Part shown: piece by piece, positions 13,197 to 27,119 of the stretch
Numbering within the stretch: position 1 is the first letter of the stretch
Layout: every line of letters begins with the position of its first letter
From: Eledone cirrhosa
Taxonomy: Eukaryota
DNA: 64,000 nucleotides
NCBI GenBank assembly: GCA_964016885.1
Contig: OZ024743.1
Span: 299,088,001-299,152,000 of the forward strand
Reading direction: 5' to 3'
Translations under genes and position numbers: made by a program
Notes under the pieces: generated by a model
What the model was told of the DNA's origin: nothing
Database searches by the model: none
Seen by the model: the letters and a program-made list of their open reading frames with translations, nothing else

Positions 13197-13256
<60 letters not shown>

Positions 13257-14365
13257 CAAAATATCATCATTATATTTATTCACTCTGGAATCAATAGATC
13301 ATCAGACTCGTGATTTCCTTAATGACGATAGTTATCTGCTTAAAACTTTAAATTACCATTCAGTTGATGCGTTATGTTGTTCCTTGTTTTGATTGGTTTA
13401 TTGAAAAGAGAAGAGAATAGAATAGAGAAGAGGAGGGAAAAGATAAAAAGAAAGGAAAAGGAATAAAAAGAGAAAGAAAAGGAAAAGAAAAGAAAAGAGA
13501 TGGAGGAAAGGGAGAATGAATAAAGATAAAATGTAAAAGGGAATAGTGATAAGGAGAAGAATCGGGTGATGGGAAATATCGACCATATCTAATGTTGGAC
13601 GGGGTAGAAAAGGGTCAAGGGTGATAGAGATAGATGATATAAAAGAATGGGGGGGGGGGGTAAGAAAAAAGGAAAAGAAAGAAAAAAGTGAAAGGATAGG
13701 AAGTGACAGATAGGGGCTGGGAGATAATGTCAAACATAAAATAAAATAAAAGAAAAAATGACAAGATAAACATATAATAAGTATAATAAATGTAAATATA
13801 AAATCAAAAATCAAAAGTGAAAAATAAATGCTAAAAATAAAAATACGAAATAAAAATTATAAATGTAAAAAAGTAAAAAAAATAAAAAATAAAGTTAAGT
13901 ATAGTTATAGATGATCGTAAAATGATAAAACAAATAATAATGAAAAAAATCCCAGAAATATGAATATATTTGGGGCGTTAGGTACTTAATCTCTTTGAAG
14001 TGGCTGGCTTCGGTCGAGATGTGTTTTGGCTGAAGATGGTTATCAGATAGTTGACCACATACTTGTTTTATTAGGTGTGTCTGACACAAGTCATGATGCC
14101 GCGAGTATATATATATATTTGTGCAGACCAATATGTGTGCAGACAGGTTTCACACAAACAGACAGCAGACAGACAGACACACACACAATCTGCCAAGCGG
14201 GTAAGCAGCACATCAACTTGAGGTTAGACATGGGGGACTGGTAAGGTATGCATAAACTGTAACAGTTATTTTAAGAAAATACCATCATCACGATACTAAA
14301 AGGAAAATACAACAAATATATTATATGATGATAATGAAACATAATAGGGAAATTATACTACTAAT

Positions 14366-14476
14366 AATAATTGTTTCTTCTTTAGGCACAAGGCCAGAAA
14401 TTATCCAGTGCATAACTGGTACTTTATTTTAACGACCCGACCCCGTAAGGATGAAAGGCAAATATAATCTCGGCGG
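14366..14476 (-). mobile_element. 5'-truncated tRNA-SINE
   Basis: Reverse complement of the 3' half of the 47814 SINE, with a (TAA)-like tail. Confidence 0.8.
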
Positions 14477-14487
14477 ATAATAATGGA

Positions 14488-15360
14488 TTCATTTATTGGC
14501 GACAAGGGCCGACATATAGAGGCAGTGTGGTTTTATACAAAAGATTGAATAAACAATAACAATAAAGAAGAAAAAAACAACAATGAAAATTCCCCAATAT
14601 GGGGATAACCACCCAGGGGCGTGTCAGGTACCTCAGCAATACTGAACAACCCGACGCTTCGAGGGCACCCGGGAAGGGCACCCCGCGCCTACTGAAATTA
14701 GCCAGCCTACAAGCTCATTGTAAGATTAAGCCCATTTACACGAGCCATTCTCAACACATTCGTCCATTTTTTAGCAAATGTACTTTGGGGAAGCACTTCC
14801 CTCTCCACCCTCACCTTCCTTTCCAGGGATTGGCTGATGAAAAAAGTCTCTTTCTTCAGTCCTTTCAACCTGGTCCACCACACAATCTCTTTCGCTACCG
14901 CGACCAGATAGAGGAAAACTGCTTGCCCTTCCCGGCCAAAGTAAGGCGACAGGGCGATCTTCACCATGGACTCGGCCGATAGCCGGATCCATTGTAGACG
15001 CGATAACAGCTGTTCGGCATATCTCCACAAGTCAGTAATGCACGGACACTGGACGGGTGCGTGCAGAACAGTGTCATTGCTGTGCCCGCATCTTGGGAGG
15101 GTCCGTCTGACAGCGTGTCCGTGCCTGTAGAGTTTATCTCGAACCGGCAATGCCCCCCGGCAGCACTGCCAAGCGTGAGATTTTTATAAGTTAACCATAT
15201 GCCCCGTCTTGAAAGTCCTCCGGAACAGACTGATCAGTTCGAAAAGGTTGACGTTGAGAACCTCTCCAAGTGCGTCGTCGCAATTACCCATCCTCTATAT
15301 GACTCGACATTGGAAGTTCCACTGACCGCATCGCCCGCCTGTTGAGGGCAGTGAGCACCT
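14488..15360 (-). mobile_element. Tx1/L1-like LINE 3' end (zf-RVT-type C-terminal domain)
   Basis: AWQCCRGALPVRDKL..PRCGHSNDTVLH..QC...DLWRY..AKEIVWWTR, then a T-rich 3' UTR and AATAAA (minus strand, about 14491-14496). Confidence 0.7.
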
Positions 15361-15760
15361 AACGACATTTCTATATTCATAGCTAGAAGGTTTTCCAAAT
15401 GTTTATTCGTAAAGATGTATGTCATTAGAGATACGGAATTTACATACTTATATGTATACAGCTATGTCGGAGCGAATATTTTAATTCTACTTTCAACCTG
15501 AGACAGCTTGTACAGCTTCATATGCAAATGAGGCTCATCTACATAGACAAAAAAACTATATATTTTTGCATGTTTCAAATTCCAGCAGAAAGCTGGGGAA
15601 GCATTGTCCTGATAATGGTTGCCCCCTTCCACAGCGGGAATTTGCTAGACGGTGCCAGCCGTCAGCCTTTCAATATTTATAGCTAGAAGTCATTTCATAT
15701 ATATATATATAAAAAAAAAAAGTATATATATATATATAAAAATATATATATACATATATA

Positions 15761-15792
<32 letters not shown>

Positions 15793-16274
15793 TATTGGTA
15801 AACGGAATAGAAAATGCTGACAAATTGTTCACAGTTGAAAAATGGTTTAATTAGGAATAAAAGAGTATTAGTGATTGTATGGGTTAGTATTCAGTTGTGG
15901 TTTAAAGTTTTTAAGTTTTTACCGGTTGCGCATTTCTAAATGCTTTTCAAAAATAATTTTGAGATAGAGTGTCCGTGCTGTTTGCTCTGATCTGATTAGT
16001 TTTGGGAATTCTACCTGTTTTTATGTTAAAAAAATGGCTCCAGCGTTATTTTTGTGTTGCAAAAATGCTTGTGGTCAAAACAATTTTGATTGGTCGGTAG
16101 AGGTCATGTGAATGTAAAAAGTTGATTTTGCGCCAAGACTGTTTTTATGTTAAAATGTTAGAAAAGTGGCTCCAGCAAAAATTATGGTCAAAACAATTTT
16201 GATTGGTCGGTAGAGGTCATGTGGATAAAAAATTGGTTTTGCGCCAAGATTGAGAAATGACTCTTTCACAACAA

Positions 16275-16342
<68 letters not shown>

Positions 16343-16729
16343 TAGTAGTAAGGTGTTCGATGCTGCGACAATAGCCACCAGCGATGTGTGTCAAATGGCT
16401 ATTAAGATAAGTGTGTGTGTGTGTGTGTGTGTGCGTACATAGACACAGCAGAGTCATTCGAAGGTCAAAAGATATTTTTCAGCTTTTGTCTTATACGGAG
16501 AAGTGCGTGCGTGTGTGTGTGTGTGTATAAGTCTCTTTGTATGTTGATGTACGCGTGTGTATGTGTTTGTGTATATATGTGTGCGTGTGTGTGTGTGCGT
16601 GTGTGGGTGGACCAGTATTTTTTTCCCCCCTGGTAAAATGGTGTACATTATTCGATTTTTTCAGTGAAATCGGTTCTCTTAATAGAACATCAACAATCTT
16701 AACAATAAAAGGTGTGAAATGATATTCAC

Positions 16730-16778
<49 letters not shown>

Positions 16779-16890
16779 TTTCACTACACATATATATATA
16801 TATATACATATATACATACATATATATGCACATATATTTTTTTGTATTGCTCCATAGAGCATGTGTGTTTACGTGTGTCATTGTGTTTAA

Positions 16891-17295
16891 AAAAATTGCG
16901 ATAGACCCAACTGTGGCATTTGCATCAACCTAATAGAGGGTTCGGAATTCTATTTCAAAGATGGACAACGTTTTATAGTAAAACACAATTTCACATGTGC
17001 ATCGGAAAATTTAATATATGTATTAACTTGTTCAGGTTGTCGAGAACAATACATAGGCTAGACCAAAAACAGCCTCCGCCAACGCATGACTGTCCATAGA
17101 TCCCAAATTAAAATACGGGAATACAGGAAAATACCACTGAGTGAACACATTGATACCTGCGCCGCCCAAAATCATCCCAACTTCAGAATCTTTCCCCTCT
17201 ACAAATTTAAAGATAATGCCACCCACACCCAGCGCATCAGCAAGGAATCTTACTTCATTAACAAATACGGACCCCGTCTAAACACTTCTCCCTAA
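16891..17295 (+). pseudogene. GIY-YIG endonuclease C-terminal fragment
   Basis: CDRPNCGICINLIEG..FTCASENLIYVLTCSGCREQYIG*TKNSLRQRMTVHRSQI..KESYFINKYGPRLN. Related to 6170-6571. Confidence 0.88.
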
Positions 17296-17437
17296 GACGA
17301 ACCCACAACATACACACGTCAACATACATACCTACATCAGCACACATCTCTACCCACATATAAACACAATGACACACGTAAACACACATGCTCTATGGTG
17401 CAATACAAAAAAATATATGTGCATATATATGTATGTA

Positions 17438-17471
<34 letters not shown>

Positions 17472-17479
17472 TAGTGAAA

Positions 17480-17526
<47 letters not shown>

Positions 17527-17819
17527 GTGAATATTATTTCACACCTTTTATTGTTAAGATTGTTGATGTTCTATTAAGAGAACCGATTTCACTGAAAAAA
17601 TCGAATAATGTACACCATTTTACCAGGGGGGAAAAAAATACTGGTCCACCCACACACGCACACACACACACGCACACATATATACACAAACACATACACA
17701 CGCGTACATCAACATACAAAGAGACTTATACACACACACACACACGCACGCACTTCTCCGTATAAGACAAAAGCTGAAAAATATCTTTTGACCTTCGAAT
17801 GACTCTGCTGTGTGTATGT

Positions 17820-17861
<42 letters not shown>

Positions 17862-17933
17862 ATCTTAATAGCCATTTGACACACATCGCTGGTGGCTATT
17901 GTCGCAGCATCGAACACCTTACTACTACTACTA

Positions 17934-17975
<42 letters not shown>

Positions 17976-18296
17976 TTGTTGTGAAAGAGTCATTTCTCAA
18001 TCTTGGCGCAAAACCAATTTTTTATCCACATGACCTCTACCGACCAATCAAAATTGTTTTGACCATAATTTTTGCTGGAGCCACTTTTCTAACATTTTAA
18101 CATATAAACAGTCTTGGCGCAAAATCAACTTTTTACATTCACATGACCTCTACCGACCAATCAAAATTGTTTTGACCACAAGCATTTTTGCAACACAAAA
18201 ATAACGCTGGAGCCATTTTTTTAACATAAAAACAGGTAGAATTCCCAAAACTAATCAGATCAGAGCAAACAGCACGGACACTCTATCTCAAAATTA

Positions 18297-18333
18297 TTTT
18301 TGAAAAGCATTTAGAAATGCGCAACCGGTAAAA
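18297..18333 (+). ncRNA. Hammerhead U3-A8 variant with A13C change (probably inactive)
   Basis: TTT-TTGAAAA-GCATT taga AATGC-GCAA-CCGG-TA-AAA. Identical inverted copy at about 15917-15953. Confidence 0.55.
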
Positions 18334-19116
18334 ACTTAAAAACTTTAAACCACGACTGAATACTAACCCATACAATCACTAATACTCTTTTATTCCTAAT
18401 TAAACCATTTTTCAACTGTGAACAATTTGTCAGCATTTTCTATTCCGTTTACCAATATATAATAACTTGTGTGTTACACCTCTATTCTTTTAACTATATA
18501 TATATATATATATATAAAAGATTCAGGCCTCCGACGGCTGAGCTCCGGCAGTTTCGACAGCTAGATCCGAACTCACACCCTCTTTGTTGTTATATATATA
18601 TATATATATATATATCCAAAGAGGGTTCAATTTTGTTGTTATATATATATATATATATATATATCTGTGTGTGTGTGTGTGTATGTGTGTGTGTGTGTGT
18701 GTGTATGTGTGTGAGTGTGTGTGTGTATGTGTGAGTGTGTGTGTGTGTTTATATTTACTGTTTGTTTATGTCTCTTAAAAGTGATCAATAAAATAAGTAA
18801 TAGACGAGATGTCAAACGCCAAAAAAAAATTACTGTGGTCGATATGATCGAATAATTCTCTTCAAGCTGCTGTCCATAGAAGAGTTAAAGATTATGTTAT
18901 AAATAAAAGATAATGTTACAAAATCTCATTGATTACTAATGTAGATGTTGTTTACCGACATGTCACCCATGATCATCTTGACTTATGTTCAAGGCATCTA
19001 AAATGTAAATATTTCGTAAATGTCAGTATCTCAGTAAACATCAACACTTCCGCATTTCACCTGATTGTTTCTCAACTGAGCTCGATATTGTGTAAACTTG
19101 AGCGATTGTTTCTCAT

Positions 19117-19195
<79 letters not shown>

Positions 19196-19847
19196 TCTCT
19201 CTCTCTTCCTCCCTCTCTCTCTCTCCCTCTCCCTCTATCTCTCTCTCACACACACACACACTTCATAGATTAACTAATCCGAACAATCAAGCAGCAGATT
19301 TTCAATACATTTTAATATTTTGCTAATCGAAATGATTAAACTTTTTACCAAAAGAATCACTACCTGGTCATTCAGTCTGCTAGAAAACAAATCAGTTAAA
19401 TCTCATTGAAATTATACATTACCGATATCAAAAGGAGAGAATAGATGAGATAAGTTAGTTAGATATACGCAATCCATAAGTGCAGGACTATGGCTAAAAT
19501 GATCACAAGTTTGCTCTGTGTGCAGTGACTTGTGTATTAACAAAAACTAAGCCTGCATTAGGCATATAACAAAGTTAAGTGACAGGAAATAGAAACTGCA
19601 CTAGTTTCTATACTGGTTTGGTGCTTAACTATTGGTTGCTGAATATCCCAAAATAGAAAGTTCTATTTAGAAACTATCAAATAGGTTAAACCTTCCAAAA
19701 ACGCAACATATCGATACAAATTTATAGAAGTCCATGGTATTTTATTTCACAAAAAATAGAAATATACCTCAACATTATAAGGTTGCCAAAAGTCAAATCA
19801 CACACTCACGTACACGCACACTCACATACACACACACATGCACACAG

Positions 19848-19894
<47 letters not shown>

Positions 19895-20085
19895 GTGTGT
19901 GTGTGAATATGTACATATATATACTGGAAAAAGTGAAGAATAAAATAGTCAACAGTACAAAAAGGGGAATTTATTTACAATCTAACAATTGTTTCTCTGG
20001 TAGAGTTGTCTAAAAATTGCTGAACACTAGAAGCAGTGCCACTCAATTTTAAATACGAAGCTAGCTCAATATATATATATATATA

Positions 20086-20165
<80 letters not shown>

Positions 20166-20897
20166 TTTGAATTTTCCTAGAGTGCTTAAAATTATTTCTG
20201 ACTAATTATTTTGTGACTAATTATTTGTGACTAATTATTTTTGAAAAAAAAACGCGATAATATTGCTATATGGCTGAACTCCTTCAATTTGTAGACTTTT
20301 TTTGGAATGTTTTTTAACTGCTGTTTCCTGTAAACAGACATTCGTCTCATTCTGACGTCACCAGCCATGCCTCTCCATGTGCGTTTATTTTCATAATTAC
20401 GCATGATGTGAACTAGCCTGCTTTTAAATTCCCTTTTTGGCATATTCTAAACAGTGGCAATAGGGTTATCGTGTTTTGAGCTCTGCTGACGATCGATGAC
20501 AACCGTGACCATCCCCACTGAAAGTTTAGTGAAATAGTCTTTTTAAGACTATATAGAGCATTTGTAGTTTTTCCAAATTGAAGGATGAGTATTTAAACTT
20601 TATTTTATTCTAATTTAAGACTCTATTGATTTTCCCCTGGATTTCACAAAATTCTGTGGATAAATCTATGTCTTCATTTTTTAAAAATTGAGTTTCAATT
20701 ATTTTCCCATATCTTACGTTAACTATTTTCCCATTTTGACGTTATAGTCACTTATATATCATGAAATACTGTTGGCTTCATGCTCACAATAATTTCTATA
20801 CTTTCATTTATATATATATACTATTTATGGTCATGCAACTACTGTATGTCTCTTGGGTTGAAAAGGAGGTCATATATGTGATCATCCATTAATAAAT

Positions 20898-20944
20898 TGC
20901 TCCGAAGAAACCAAACCTCGGTTTGGAAGAAACAATTGTAAGCA
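20898..20944 (+). ncRNA. Hammerhead, U4C core variant (CAATTG family)
   Basis: TGCT-CCGAAGA-aa CCAAAC ctcg GTTTGG aa-GAAA-CAATTG-TA-AGCA. Homologs at 33834 (-) and 34313 (+). Confidence 0.72.
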
Positions 20945-20979
20945 TATAAATGATTTGATCAGAACTTTGATTCTTATAA

Positions 20980-21025
<46 letters not shown>

Positions 21026-21239
21026 TGTTCTTATTGTCTACTTAATAATATACTGTGTGTTCATTTAAAAACATTCTGAAGGCCTTTCACTATGAATTTA
21101 CGGTAGTGATTATAGCCACATACCTACCTTCAGCAAAACAAAGGGGAATAAACGACGCGTTTCTCGCTGTTTAGCGGTTATCTGTCTATCTATCTATCTA
21201 TCTATATATCTATCTATCTATCTATTTAATTCTCTCTCC

Positions 21240-21271
<32 letters not shown>

Positions 21272-21275
<4 letters not shown>

Positions 21276-22071
21276 ATACAGACGTACAGTAGTATGTATA
21301 TATATATACATACATGCACACATATATATATGTACGTATGGATTCGCTAATAAGCTTGAAACTAGTACAGCGTTCCTTTGTCAGTGTTGAACAAACGAGC
21401 AACGATGGTTGCTAGACACTACGGCTTAATACGGGATGTTTGTTTACAAACACACCGAGCATTATAATAAATCTTCGGCGAATCCATACGTACATACATA
21501 TATATGTGTGCATGTATGTATATATATATATATACATACTACTGTACGTCTGTATACATATATGTATGTACGTATACATACTTATATTTAAGTAACAGCC
21601 GTACTAAGAGTGAGAAATGAAATTTCGTTTCATTTTTTTCCGTTTATCGTCTTCGGTGCGCCCGGCTGATTAACTCACTCGATATGCAAATTAGGCTGCT
21701 CAGCCGTTAATATGCATAAGGAAAGTATATACTTTCAGACGTTCAATCATCTGGCAGGAAGGTATACATTGCTGACGATAGCTAATAAGCTTGAAACTAG
21801 TACAGCGTTCCTTTGTCAGTGTTGAACAAATGAGCAACGATGGTTGCTAGACACTGTACGGCTTAATTTTGGATGTTTGTTTACAAACACACCGAGCATT
21901 ATAATAAATGTTCGGCGAATCCATACGTACATACATATATATGTGTACATGTACGTATATATATATATACTACTGTACGTCTGTATACATATATGTATGT
22001 ACGTATACATACTTATATTTAAGTAACAGCCGTACTAAGAGTGGGAAATGAAATTTCATTTCATTTTTTCC

Positions 22072-22077
<6 letters not shown>
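21272..22077 (+). mobile_element. ORF-less 435-bp tandem unit with short inverted copy (retrozyme-like)
   Basis: Sequence from 21346 is repeated at 21781 (period 435). 21272-21347 is the inverse of about 21478-21558. One HHR per unit. Confidence 0.8.
21767..21807 (+). ncRNA. Minimal hammerhead (CTAG family)
   Basis: CATTG-CTGACGA-t AGCT aata AGCT t-GAAA-CTAG-TA-CAGCG. The upstream copy (21346-21372) is truncated in stem II. Confidence 0.72.
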
Positions 22078-22163
<86 letters not shown>

Positions 22164-22180
22164 ATATATATATATATATG

Positions 22181-22232
<52 letters not shown>

Positions 22233-22244
22233 GTTGTATGGATA

Positions 22245-22985
22245 TTAATTTTAGGTTCTTTCGCCAACGGCCATGATCAGCGGCGGCTTTTTCGCGTCCA
22301 TGCCATGTGATGTTGGCTGCAATCACGTCTTTTCGGAACGTTCGTCGCCAGGTGAGCCTGGGGCAAACTCACCTCCATTTGCCGCCAGGTGGAGTCTAGT
22401 TCATCGCTGTTTTCGAGTGGCGCTCCTCAGGTAGGCGTAGAATATGGCCAGGTAGGCTGCACCGAAACTCACGACAATTCTCTGTAGCATCCACGACCAA
22501 TCCTCTGTAGCGTCCTCGACCATATTCTGTAGCGTCCACGACTTGGCTATCCGCAGGACTTCCTCGTTTCGCACTCGGTCGTGCCAGGACACACAAAGGA
22601 TCATTCGCATGCAACGCTGGTGGAAAGCGTTCAGCCGTCTCTCTATCTTTGCCGTGCTCTTCCAGGTTTCGCCCGCATAAAGCACTATCGGCAGAACAAT
22701 GCTCTTGTACAGGCGCAGCTTGGTCCTGGTGCTGATGCATGAAGACAACCAGACTGGGCGCAACAGCTGGAAAACTGTGGCTCCTTTGCCGATCCGACAG
22801 TTAATGTCGAGCTCTGCGTCACCCTTGCTTGCCAGGATGCTTCCCAGATAGGTGAAGTGATCAGCTTCCTCCAGGTCTTGTTGGTTGACTCTGATGGATG
22901 GATCTGTGTTGTTGGTTGTTCTCATCACCTTGGACTTGTTTGGCGTTGGTTCTCAGGCCAATCCTTTCCGCAATCTCTTGCAGGC
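22245..22985 (-). mobile_element. RTE-clade LINE 3' fragment
   Basis: FTYLGSIL..DINCRIGK..TKLRLYKSIVLPIVLYAGETW..RLNAFHQRCMRMIL..W.DRVRNEEVL..GHILRL. Internal 22-23-bp triplication at about 22483-22542. Confidence 0.88.
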
Positions 22986-23111
22986 ATGTTGTTAGGGCTT
23001 GCGTATATATTTATATATAAATATTCGCGATATCATCGAGTGAGTTGTGTGACCGGTCAGAATCAAACGATTTGCAGTGGCGCGGGGCACGTTTATTGAT
23101 TGATACCGAAG

Positions 23112-23168
<57 letters not shown>

Positions 23169-24031
23169 CGTTTCTGAATTTGTTTAGCAATATTCTTTAT
23201 CTGAAAACGTGTGTTGAAACCGATATCGTTATACTTTGGGGGGGGGGGGGGGGGGGGTCATGTTGCCAATAAGAAACACACTCACCATTGTTCACTCCAA
23301 TTAATTATAAATTAAATTATAAATTAGAATCTACACACAGAAAAGATGCAATGTTTAGACAAATCACAGAGGTAATAAACATAAATGAACTCCAACCAAA
23401 ATTAAATAGAAAACATGAATGGAATAGTAAAATCACAACTTACAATTAAGGACAAAATGAAAACACACACACATAGAACAAACAACTAGTAACATGTAAA
23501 TAAACAAATAAATAAACAAATAAAAACACACATACACCCGGATGTAACACATGCGCAAACTTAGCACAAAACACACACAAAAACAAAGGACAGAACAAAG
23601 GAGAGGCACAAAACAAAGAAAAGAATCCCCGGTCACTGATGAGGTCACAGAATGTGTGACGAAAGAACTTTGACAATACATGAACAACCGTCCGCTTGTG
23701 GAACCAACCAACCACTCGAAAATTTATAAAAAAATTTAAATTTATAATTTAATTTATAATAAATTGGAGTGAAAGCTACTGGTGCGTGTGTTTCGTATTG
23801 GCAACATGACCCTCCGAAAGGATAACAATATCGGTTTCAACACACGTTTTCAGATAAAGAATCTTGCTAAACAAATTCAGAAATGATATATTTATATATA
23901 GTGTCTTCGGTATCAATCAATAAACGTGCCCCGCGCCACTGCAAATCGTTTGATTCTGACCGGTCACACAACTTACTCGATGATATCGCGAATATTTATA
24001 TATAAATATATACGCAAGCCCTAACAACATG
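22985..24031 (+). mobile_element. PLE pLTR with inverted terminal copy (1.4-2.5 kb family)
   Basis: 22985-23325 is inverted relative to about 23735-24031. The body is homologous to 1441-2040. Confidence 0.85.
23632..23674 (+). ncRNA. Minimal hammerhead (GAAC family)
   Basis: GTCA-CTGATGA-G-GTCACA gaatg TGTGAC-GAAA-GAAC-TT-TGAC. Confidence 0.72.
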
Positions 24032-24071
24032 TAACAATATATAACAATATATAACAATATATATATATATA

Positions 24072-24487
24072 TATAAGATCAAAAGATGGTTAAAAGAGTT
24101 CCATGTATTTTATTATGCACATTTCAAAAATAAATATCATCATGCAATAATATTTGTGTTTTCATCAGATAAAATAGGAAGACATGATATGAAGGTTAAA
24201 AAACACTTGTGAATAGTGCAGTTTTAAATCAGCATATCAGTTTTAAAACTGCACAATTCACAAGTGTTTTTTAACCTTCATATCATGTCTTCCTATTTTA
24301 TCTGATGAAAACACAAATATTATTGCATGATGATATTTGTTTTTGAAATGCGCATAATAAAATACATGGAACTCTTTTAACCATCTTTTGATCTTATACA
24401 TTATGTATACTCCAGTCCTACAAACTGTAGAGTGCTTCTTATCCGATATCTGCATTGCTTTATTGCACTACAAGAAAACTCACCTCC

Positions 24488-24490
<3 letters not shown>
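24072..24490 (+). mobile_element. Short fold-back PLE end
   Basis: Arms about 24073-24228 and 24243-24398 plus a 90-bp tail. Same family and architecture at 56831-57252. Confidence 0.8.
24294..24364 (+). ncRNA. Type I hammerhead (TGCGCA family)
   Basis: TATTTTAT-CTGATGA-[aaacacaaatat...atatttgttttt]-GAAA-TGCGCA-TA-ATAAAATA with an 8-bp stem I. Inverted copy at 24106-24176. Confidence 0.82.

Positions 24491-27119
<2,629 letters not shown>

Larger units (their letters stand above)
12303..13205 (+). mobile_element. ORF-less 627-bp tandem unit with inverted partial copy (non-autonomous PLE/retrozyme-like)
   Basis: 12497-12577 is repeated at 13124-13205 (CTGATGA at 12511 and 13138, period 627). 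12303-12496 is the inverse of about 12972-13165. (TA)n on both sides. Diverged homolog at 32001-32490. Confidence 0.8.
15792..18495 (+). mobile_element. 5'-truncated PLE with a 1.1-kb inverted pLTR
   Basis: Arms 15792-16889 and 17361-18458 are near-identical inverted repeats around a GIY-YIG C-terminus. Confidence 0.9.

Noticed and set aside
18957-18998. Possible minus-strand micro-exon (ttttag...gtaaac)
   Set aside because: Stops in all three frames and no supporting neighbouring exons.
21149-21180. Minus-strand GAAA-CGCG-TC half hammerhead
   Set aside because: The CUGAnGA half is missing, cut off by a microsatellite.
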